DNA from: Lingula anatina
Taxonomy: Eukaryota; Animalia; Brachiopoda
Direction of reading: 5' to 3'
Length of the DNA stretch: 64,000 bases
Assembly (NCBI GenBank): GCA_051362555.1
Contig: CM120645.1
Coordinates: forward strand, 8,742,001 to 8,806,000
This document shows, in pieces, positions 25,938 through 60,878 of this stretch. The notes beneath the pieces were generated by a model. It had not been told where the DNA came from, made no database searches, and was given only the letters and a program-made list of their open reading frames with translations. Every line of letters starts with the position of its first letter. Positions within the stretch are counted from its first letter, which is position 1. Made by a program: the position numbers and the translations under genes.

Positions 25938-28900
25938 GTTTGCTCTGCGTTTCATTGACACTGACTACTTGGAATCGGGTAAAAACCTCTTTTTGGGAAG
26001 CGCCAACCATAAAAGACAAGTCTCAAAAAAAAAAAAATAATAATAATAATAGTAAATAAACAAATAAATAAATAAATAAATAAATCGCCCATACACAGGT
26101 TGATCTCCATGTTTTGTAACCCTTGCGCCCTTTTGTTGACAGCTATCCCATTGGAAACGTCATACTCAACTTGATTTCTTATACATGGCTGTTCTTTGTA
26201 AAAAATACGTTTAAAACCGGGTGAATGAAGCGTATTTCGTCTTTCAAGTTTCATTAGCTCTAACGACAGAGTACTCTTAGCATACAAGACATTAGGCAGA
26301 GTGGCCTTGATACTCACTTGCATAATTACAAAGATTATTCCAAGCACGGAACGCACTTTTGTGCCAACGAACGACCGTGTGGGTTGTTCTTATCTCTTGT
26401 CAGACAATTTCCCCTGTTGAAAGACAGATATGGTGATTCGACGCTTAATATGGTTATAAAAACTCTCTGCAGTTTGGCAGTTTGTACAAAATCAGCGCCT
26501 TTGTTTTGCCAGTATTCAGTACCTTTCGTGATCAGCAGTATGAGATGGTTTTATGTGGTCGTGATAATTGATAAATATCTTTACAGAATGTAACTTGATT
26601 AACAATTAAACATGGTCCCCCGATCACCTATTTGATGACGTAGAGCGTTTAAATGAAATTTTATGCGAATGTGTCCATCATCAATTCTTGTCACAGCCTT
26701 TGCAGCAGTTTCTTTTGATAGCAATTCGGTTAAGGGAAATCGAGTGGTTTCCAAAAGTTGGGATCTCTTTTATCTCCTAGCTCACTTTATCACGACACCA
26801 GGTTTTGCAATTTTATTGACATTTGAGAGAGAGGGGTCAACGGCTTCTGATCACTGGGTTTCTCTTGAGACGAATTAAAAGGCATGCAGAGTGCGTTTCA
26901 ACTTTATAACGCAAAACTTAATTTTCCTTGGAAATTTCAGCACTTACCGTAATCACCTTGGCACACGTAATCTAAACCAATAGCCTAAATTATGCCATGT
27001 AAACACGGTTTGAGTAAAAGATTCTAATTTTTTGAGTCAATCACGTAATGGTAATGGAGATCGATGGATTAAAAAACCAACTCACGAAAGTATTATTTTG
27101 CCTAGCGTAAGCTATAAAATAACAACGTTAATTTTTTATGTGTTCTGATGAAGAAAATGAAATGTGTGACATACATGTTTAAATTTGTTTTAAAGTCAGG
27201 TCAAATTATGTGCAAGATGGTTTAATCAACGTTTGACCAAGACCACGAGGCGTATTTGACATCACCACGATTTTATTATTTGCCAAAGCCCTAACGAACA
27301 AAATGGTCCGGGAATGGGACGCGCAGGAAGGATTGTTCCTCGACTCGGCCATCATGTCTTAGTGCAAAACCCATCCTTTTATGGGCTAACAGGGCCTGTC
27401 GGTTAAACCAGTTGTTTGACGGGTCCTAGCAAGCACGTGCTTGCTTCCTCTTTCTCTTGGACCCAATTCTTAAAAGAGCGTTTGTTTGTTCTGAGATGAT
27501 TATCCTTTTCCCTTTGCTACCTCTCCCTTCTTTAACGTTTACAGATTAAAAGGTGACAGAGTCAGTGAGTTCTGTGACTCTGTTCGCACGAACTGTACAG
27601 AGTGTGTAAATCATGGCGAATTACTGGTTGACATGTGCCAATTGGAAACCATCATACAGATAACTGATCGAATTAAGAATATATATCCCATCAATTATTT
27701 AAGCCGTTATTTTCGTTTATAATAATGTAAATATACTTGTGCATGCTTTGGAACTCGATAATGTTATATGGACTGACCCAATATCGCGTGATGTCTTTTT
27801 GGGATATGCATATTGAATATTTTGGAGCAGGTAGTGTTACGAAGAGAAACAAGAAATCAGAGAAGAGGAAATGAAAAGTGAATGTCAATAACACTGAACA
27901 CGCACGCACGAGCTCACAAGCGGAGACACGCATGCAACCACGAAGACATACACGCGCACGGATTGACGCACGTGCAAAACATCTTGAAATATGACACAAG
28001 AACATTATTCTGCATGAAACGCTGCATACTTATTATTATTTCTATACTTATGTCCTTGAAAACAACTCGCATACACGACGGTGCATTAATTACCATTGAT
28101 GACGTATAGATTATCGAGGCTTTTAGTAATAATGGGCAAAGGACTGGCAAGTGGCGACTGAATATTTATTGAATATTTATTGGCATACGCATTATCTGAT
28201 GGCTATGGACACGGCCTATTCAAACATTTTAGCCGCTGAGGCTACCAACGAGGCCAAGACCCACGAGGCCTGCTGCGTGAATTCTGTTCCGTAAAACGTA
28301 TTTTACGCATTTTAGTATCCATATTAAGCCTTAAATCATAACATGTTCATTAGAAAATGTATATTTTATAATATAATATAAAAAGATAAATAATATAATA
28401 TAATATTTTATAAATAAATAAACGAGACTTTACTCTTTTAGTTTTAAGTGCAAATATTAGGTATTATTCTGTGGTGGAAATAACGATTTTCATGCCTGAA
28501 AAATATAAAAATCTCACTGACAGTGACTTGACATATATCTATGGTTATATTCTGCGTAGATATTTTATGGGCTATATGGTTTCAGTGAAAAGACCTTTCG
28601 TTTTGATCGCATTACTGCAAATTATTTTACCCTGCAGTGAGAGCCAATTTGTGAAATATTACTCGAAACTGAATGTTTATTAGAAAAGTGCAGGCGAAAA
28701 CCTGCTGGGAAAATTCTCAATTTATTTATTTTTTATTGAGTAATATGATATTGCTTGATGCTGATGCGATCCCGTTATAGATGTACGGATCTGCTCTACA
28801 CTTAAGAGGGAACTGTACCCAAATAGGGCTAAAATCACGTTTTTATAGATAATACAGTAAGTCTTTAAAGAAAAATCCCCGAACCTCTTTTGTAGCACTT

Positions 28901-30879
28901 TGTTCAAGTGTTATAATACCATTAAGAGCATGTCTATAGCTGTCCAGGTGCCTGAGAAAATCAGGAAACCAAAAATAATGTTTTTTGCCCCAAAAATCCT
29001 AATATTACGTCACACGATTAACTTCGAGCTGTGTTTCAAGCATTATTCGATGTTTTGAAGATACATTAAATAATTACAACAGGAATAAAAAAGCTAAGAC
29101 CTTTAATTGAAGTTAAAATTACCAACCTTCAGTCCTCCCTTTAAATGTGAACGAGACTTTACTGAATATCTGAGCGTCAAAAATTGTCAAGTAGGTATTT
29201 TCGTATCATGAATAGGTATTAAAGTCTAAGTTCAATTTCTATAGGCCTGGGGTAAGTTGATTTTCTACTTTTTATGGTGTCAGATTGTTGAATACACTTG
29301 ACCCTGGGACGTACTGCACGCATAATGTACATGTACCATCAAACCTCGACGGGTAGATGATCAACAGAAAAAACCGGTGTCTTTTGTGTGTGAAGTCTTT
29401 GTTGCTCTTATCGATCACCGATATCATCATATTTCTTTAACAACCGTTTAATGACAGATTTTACGATTCCCCTCGAGTCAAAACCCAAAGCCCATGGCGG
29501 TCAAACAGGTTAGTCGTATGCTTAGCGTTGAAAAAAGGGACAAACGACGCGATTTGTTCCACCCAGGGTTAATGCTGTCTCTTCTAGTGATTGCGGTTAG
29601 GATTTGACGCCCCCATTGGCAGATCAATCACAATTTGCCTGGTTGCCAATAACGGCATGTGATAAAGCGGCATTGATTGATGCGCTGAAATAACCTGGCT
29701 CAGAGGAAAAGGTGAAAAGTCGACCAAGAAAGCCGATGATCTGTCACTGATGGACTAGAAATCTTACTCCGATTGACATGTACATATCTTTTGTTTTTAA
29801 ATATTATAGCGATACATGTGTAAAGGGGAAAATATCGAAGAAAACAAAATTTAGCAGTATGTACGTTTCATTTTCCAAAAATTTCTACAAAAGTGAAAAA
29901 TTAAATAAATAAAAATAAAAAGGAATAAAAGAAAAAAGGGAGAAATTACAGGCTTTGCTAGACCTTTCCTGAGGTCGTCGTTTCTTCCTGAAACGCACAA
30001 ATTAACAAGAAATACCCACATTTGACATTTAGAAGTCAATTCTCCATAACGATGGAGGTGACACCCAACCTTAATTTTCCACCTTCATCCGTAAAACAAT
30101 ATCCAGTCAAAGGGTGAATTATTCAAGAGGGCCTTAGATCCAAGCCATTGCACTTAATTTGCGAAACTTTCTTTGAAAGGGAATCGTTCTTTGAAAAGAA
30201 AAAACAAATCACCTGGTGATGAGAATTACCCCATTTCTCAAGACAAAGCAGTTTTTGAAAGGTCAAAAGGTTTGGTGATGCAAAAACAAACCGCAGACAA
30301 ACCACAGACACCGTTGTCTGCATGGCCTGGCAGCAGAAAATGTCGCAAAGTTTTACAAGACTGACAGACACTTTAAAGACCATGATTGAGTTTTTGGCTG
30401 GGAGTCAAAAGTTAAAATGTTACATGTAATTTCAAAAACAGCATTTGCAAGAACATATTAATGCGGTTATGCCTCAGTGTTAAATCATTTTAGTCTTAAA
30501 CTTATTTAGTTTATGGAGTGGCCATATTTCTCAAACTATGCGGCAACCTTAGGTTCTGAGGCTGGGGGTGTCCAAAAGTACACGGCATTACATGGCACTT
30601 AATTGTGTAATACTGCAATATACATGTACATGTATTGAACCCGAATTCGCATTCCCCAAAGGATCACCTCCACATTGGCTGATCATGCATATACAATGTA
30701 TTTAGTGAAAGCCACTACTTGGTTTATACGGTAAACAAATAACTAAATCTTATTTGGTTATGTGTTTAATCTTCTAAGAGGTTCTGCGATGTAGATTTAC
30801 CAGTACAGGGAGCTTGACTTGACGAGTCCAAGGATCTAAACAGGTACCATTCACACTGACAAAAATGGCGCCATTCCGC

Positions 30880-30916
<37 letters not shown>
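30880..30916. repeat. (TAA)n microsatellite
   Basis: Direct read. Confidence 0.9.
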
Positions 30917-30917
<1 letters not shown>

Positions 30918-31844
30918 TTAGCAGGACAGCAGAAGATGACGTGAAAAGACATGTACATTCAAGGCCAGATAACTTATTTCCAACAGTTTTCTAGCAATTG
31001 TCCACAAGGTTCGGTATCACAAACGGACTAAAAATAAAAAGTTGTCCATCAATGTTAAGGCAATATAGACGACTAAATTCCGACAACTTATCCACAGGGT
31101 GGCGGTATCACAAAATAACTGAAAAGGAAAGTTTTTTTTTAAATTTTACTTGGAGCTAGGACACACCTATATTTTGGTCTGTTTCACATAGGGAGAGATT
31201 GTTTCAGATCAACAATTGCTATATTTTAGTATACAAGTAAAGGTGCTTCACTTAAGAGAAAAAACATTGAGAGCAAAACTTTTATCTTTTTGGTCTAAGA
31301 TAAAAAAGGGTCCACTGTAATGTAGTGCGTTTTTTCCCTGAAACTTAAGTCATGTTTTTTTTTTGTAAGAAAGGCCCTGTGGTTTATTTATTGGGCAACT
31401 CCTTTTGTATCACAGCACATTATAATTTGCTGTTTCCAATTAAAAACTTCTGTTGGAATAAAAAGGTACTAGTTCAGATGCCTAATTTCTTCACAACATG
31501 TAGAATCTCATACGTCCACAAGAATGACAGCTAATGTTTTAAGTCGATCGTCTGATGGCCTCTCACAGGATAGGACGCATCAGACAGAACTCATCACTTT
31601 CTTGCATGTAATATCTCAAGGCGAGTGTATTAAGTGTTATTATCCACACGTGTTTGGTGAGGTAGCAGTCGCCTGTCAGACTAAAAGAGGTTAAACCATC
31701 TATTCTGGGATTCCCCCTTGCGCTGTGGTCTGTCTTGACTAGTAGTCAAAGAGAGGCACCATGGGAAGAAAACGATTAAGAAAGCCACAGGGGCCTCTAC
31801 TCCCACGTCCTATAAGCGCTCTTTTGTGTCTGTGTATTAGATCA

Positions 31845-32096
31845 CGTTGAGATTCAACCGTCGGACCAGCTGGATCGATCCAACTCCGCGGGAGATTCTC
31901 GTTTTAGTGCATGCAGTGTTACCAGCTTAATTGTCTGATAAACCTCCGTGAGTAGCGAGTTAACAAGTTAATTACCCCTTAGAAATTCGAGGAGGTGTGT
32001 CACACATTAAAGCCGATTACCCTGATTGCACTTATGGAGAATCTCCGCAGAGTTGGAACGATCCAGTTAGTGCGGTGGGTTTATCTGTGCGCTCCC
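31845..32096. mobile_element. Fold-back MITE family B copy (Tourist-like)
   Basis: ctggatcgatccaactccgcgggagattctc ... gagaatctccgcagagttggaacgatccag; right end gctccc|taa; homologous to 59074-59359. Confidence 0.75.
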
Positions 32097-33303
32097 TAAC
32101 GTTTTACATCGGCTACTGCTTGTCTGAAGTTTGACGTCCGGTATATAAGGATGTATGTAAACAAATGGAGTTAAGAAGAAGTGGAGCAGTTTTACAGATT
32201 TCATAAAGGTTTGTAATCGTACTTATTGATTGCAGAAATAAACGAAAAAGGAAAATAGAAAGCTACCGGAAAAATACTTGTCCACGTATTTATATCAGTT
32301 TTCGCAAAATGCAAAATGTTTTAGCATGCTGAAAGTAAACCAGAAAATGAGATGATCTATAAATATTTTTCATATGGCTATCAACCTGCATATATGTATC
32401 TATTTATCTATCTACCGGTGTCATTAAGCACGTGTGATTACGTATATGCCAGTTCCAGATATGACGTAATAAGAAATTGAGTATATGACGTAATATTTTC
32501 CAACAAATGTTGATGATAGTATGGTCATTTACACTATTGGTACATACAACACGGTTATTACTTACTCATTATCGACGAATATATCTACTACTACACGTGT
32601 GGTAACTATTTGGAAATAGATGTAGTTCTGAAACGTGTACATGCAAGAACCCACATAGTCAGATATTATACTGTATTCTCAGCCAAGCTGAACATCATAG
32701 CTGTAAATGATTTTTCATGCAGCGCATGGAATGTGTTTTTTTGCCGTTGGAAGTAGGAATTCTTTACAATACGTATTAAGTTATTTTAGAGAGTATAATT
32801 GTAATCGTTCTACAGGAGGATATAGTTTCACTTCTTTGTAAAAGGAGATGTGTAGACACTCAATGTGAACTGAGGGAAAATGCAAAGGAAAACCACGGTC
32901 ATCACACGCATTGATCTATATTTTCGTTATTGCAGCCTTTTTCCTAGAAGGATAAGGGTACATTTACAGGGACGTCGTTGACAAGAATGTAATTGGCTAT
33001 GTTGCGGCTTGAGAGTTGTGCGGATAGACTCAAATTCCTTTTGCTAACAAGACTCTGGTATGTTTTCGTAATCATGAATTCAGATGACCATTGATTTGTG
33101 CATATTTCAACGCAGATCTGGTTCAGAGAGCTCAGGTCAGCAATCAGGGCCGTTTAACCCAACCTTACGAAGATGGGGGTGGTCTTTATGTTCGTTACTC
33201 TAAATCTGAGACCAACTTCCATGTTTTTCTTTTTAAAGACGACAAAAAGCCAAGAATGTCAGTATCTTTTATTCATTATCATGACCTTTTCACTTCGTTA
33301 CAG

Positions 33304-33894
33304 GTAAAGACTCGAACGTGCTTGCCAGGTGTTTTCCAGATGAGGACAGACAAGTGAGAGGAGCACAGCACAGAGCCACGGTCGCTCCTGTCTTGCCATT
33401 GCTGTAGTATATTTCGTCACTCGCGGAGAACACAAGCCATTCCATCGTCTTTCAAAATCTCGAACAAGTCACGAAACTACTTATGTGCATGTAACTACCT
33501 TTGAACCGTGATTTCTCATTGGCATGAAGGCGATCCCGTCTTTCCGGATTGAAGGGTTTTACATTGTGCTAAGCTCGTCGTCAGTTTTGTCGTCCACCTT
33601 GGACAAGCGGATTGTCTCGTTTTGCAACCACCGTCTTCCTCTCCCCCCAGCCTCCACCCAAGGACACTCTTTACCACTTCATAGCGGGAAATAACGAAGG
33701 CGCAAACTCTGCCCAAGTTTCGTGGAGCTCGGTATCAGACAGAGGGCAGAAATCAATGCATTTATTGCCACCTTGATCGATTCGTTCCCACATTGCTGGT
33801 CAACTGCCAGTTTAGCTATAAACTCTGGCGTTCGCCTCAGACGGAGAGTCCGAGTGAAACAACAACTAAAACAGAGGAAAAATATTAGGAAATT
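33304..33894 (+). other. Putative 5' UTR part of the first coding exon, with several uORFs
   Basis: Pyrimidine tract + CAG at 33301-33303 (alternative ttttccag at 33339); upstream ATGs at 33340, 33483, 33489, 33524 and 33756. Confidence 0.45.
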
Positions 33895-58482
<24,588 letters not shown>

Positions 58483-58624
58483 AAAACGGGGCTGTGATTC
58501 TACACTAAGTGACACAATGGCCAATTTTATCTTTAATTTATTTGTTTTTGTACCAATGCAATATTTTCTATAATATCTAGGGGTGAAAAGATGCCAATAC
58601 AGACCGAGAAATTTGTATGCGCTC

Positions 58625-58746
58625 AATAAAATTGCACAATTCACGACGTTATTTAATATTTAACCGATGTTTTCTGAGATGAAATACACCGTTGATTGCA
58701 CGCTCATTTGTAAGGGTATATTCTCTTGGGTATACAACTAAATAAA
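58625..58746 (+). terminator. Candidate proximal polyadenylation signals for the short-tail isoform
   Basis: AATAAA at 58625 and 58741, downstream of the exon 8 stop; AT-rich background lowers specificity. Confidence 0.3.
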
Positions 58747-59073
58747 AATGAAAGGTTGTTGCCCATGTAGATTCAGCACATACCTCACTAGATGCATGGG
58801 TTGATACGACTCTTTACGTTATTTATATGACGCTGTATGCAGTAAATTGTTTTTGTACCTGTAATCACCTTTATGTTCATATTTACACTTCGTGCGGCTG
58901 TGGTAGTATTCAAAATGTATATAGATACTTTTATTTACTTGTTGTTATTAACGCTTTGCTTAATAAAAAGTAGTTACGTTGACGAACGAGATGTTTCAGA
59001 ATATGCAGATACAGTTAACATACATCCCACGTGCTGTGCGCAAGGATCATTTAAGCAGGCGCCGGAAGTATAT

Positions 59074-59359
59074 GGGAGCATTCAGATTCGGACTTTGTAC
59101 CAGCTGGATCGATCCAACTCTGCTGGGATTCTCGCTTAAGTGCAGTCAATGTTATCAGCTTAATTATCCGTCACGCCTCCTCGAGCAGCTAAGGGGTAAT
59201 AACGTCGAACGTGCACGGAAATTAATTACCCCCCTAGCTGCTCGAGGGACGTCAGACAGTTCAGCTGATTACACTGATTGCACTTTACAGTGACTTAAAC
59301 GAGAATCCTACAAAATTGGATCGATCCAACTGCTGCGATGTCTGAGGCTGATAGTTCCC
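59074..59359. mobile_element. Fold-back MITE family B copy downstream of exon 8
   Basis: gggagc...gttccc ends; nested IRs tggatcgatccaa, gattctcg/cgagaatc, ctcgagcagcta.ggggtaat / attaccccctagctgctcgag. Confidence 0.8.
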
Positions 59360-59951
59360 CTAAGGATGCAAAAGCAAGCAAATGTACACGAACGAACGGT
59401 AAAATAAGTCATCTATATGCTTTAACAGAGAAATTAATAACAATTATTATATCTCGACAGAATTGAGAATTTTTAACTTGAATTGGTCCAATTCCATAAC
59501 ACGGCTTAAGAAGAAAGCTGGTCTTAGATATAAGAAAGCATTTTATTTTGACCTGAGTTTGTAACGTTTTTGGCCGTATTGTAAGTTATTGCACTAAAAC
59601 AAATTTATTTTGAAAAAAATAAGTTGTCTGAAGATCAAGACCGAACTTGTTTGACTTAAGATATTTTATGAAGTTAGATATGATCCAGACTAGGGCACGC
59701 GGCAATCACAAACTAGTGTTGGCTGGCTTTAAGTACGTGTCTTTACAAACGCCAAATCAGCACTTAATCAAATGCGCACGTGTCAGCTATGTCGTCGTGC
59801 ACTAGTATGAAGATTTTATTTCAGCACTGTGCCTGATGTTCACACCTAGTTGCATCAGTAGCGTACGCACACTTTCCTGTTGTCTTGGTTACGCGTGTGG
59901 TGCACTTTTTGTTTGTGTTCGTTGTACTGCACATGTCCACTACTTGTCCAG

Positions 59952-59999
59952 TGTGTCCAGTGTCCAGTGGTGTTTATGGTCACGTGGGTGTTAATACAG
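59952..59999 (+). CDS. Putative alternative cassette mini-exon of the mGluR C-tail (48 nt; 39 nt from second acceptor at 59960)
   Basis: Tandem CCAG acceptors ending 59951 and 59960; consensus donor CAG|GTAAGC at 59999/60000; both lengths are multiples of 3, phase 1-1, no stop: (V)CPVSSGVYGHVGVNT. Confidence 0.5.
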
Positions 60000-60594
60000 G
60001 TAAGCGTGCATTCAAACCACGTTTCATCTGCATAATAAACAGCTCTTTAAGTGGTTCGAAATTTACTAGTCACAGTGAATGGATATTTCGATGGAATCTG
60101 CCACGGCGTAGATACAGATTAAATTAATACTGTATGGTCATAATGAAAGCTAAAAATGCAAATCAGGAATTTCCCCAGTCACACATTTAGAGTAATTGCG
60201 ACGTATCACTGTTGAGTTTCAAACGGCAATTTTCCTGTTAATCAGACATATTCAATATTACCTTTTCCAACATGTGCGCTATGTAGTTGAACTTCTTACA
60301 TTCACTTTGCTTGAAGGAACAGTATTAGCAGCAAGGGTAATTCTTTTGTAACCTCACAGGGACGCACGCCAAGTTCAATAAAAAAAGCAAATTAAAGAAA
60401 GTTAAAACCCAATGTAGATTTTTCTAATAGCATAGGATGCAGTGCGCGCGGGTGTGTATTTTACTTATTACACGAGTAAAACGACACATTTAATTATTTT
60501 CGAAATTCTAATTTTCGATGTTGGAAAATCTGAAAGAATATTTCTCTCTCTCTCACACACTTACACATTTTTTCAATACATTCTTAATATCACG

Positions 60595-60598
<4 letters not shown>

Positions 60599-60635
<37 letters not shown>
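60599..60635. repeat. (CT)n microsatellite just upstream of the terminal exon acceptor
   Basis: Direct read. Confidence 0.92.
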
Positions 60636-60638
<3 letters not shown>

Positions 60639-60681
60639 GGTCCTTTAACTATTTTAATTTTCCATATCTCAATCTTTTCAG

Positions 60682-60878
60682 TGGGCCTCGCTGTCCTCAT
60701 AGCCCAGACCTCAGCTGGCATGGGGACTATAGACGAAGAGCACCAAGACTCTCCTCAAAAAGTCGCTTCAAATGGTTCGACACAGTGCGACGCCTTCCTA
60801 GACTCAGGTGCCAACGACTCCCTAGAGGACCTGAGCGTGTCCAGCGCTGACCAAATGGACGTGGAGACCACGCTGTGA
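60682..60878 (+). CDS. Putative alternative terminal coding exon of the mGluR, ending in class I PDZ ligand ETTL*
   Basis: Long pyrimidine tract then ttttcag| at 60681; GC-richer coding-like sequence; phase 1 matches the donor at 58318; GLAVLIAQTSAGMG...DQMDVETTL*. Confidence 0.72.

Noticed and set aside
25952-26356. 134-aa minus-strand ORF
   Set aside because: Runs through (ATTT)n/(ATT)n repeats; no recognisable domain; at best a decayed retroelement tail.
28800-29143. Second Kolobok-like element bounded by TTAA
   Set aside because: Terminal match is too loose to set boundaries.
30057-30573. Possible ~515-bp MITE (gacaccca.cct / agg.tggg..tgtc)
   Set aside because: Short, gapped inverted match, no clear TSD and no second copy in the window.
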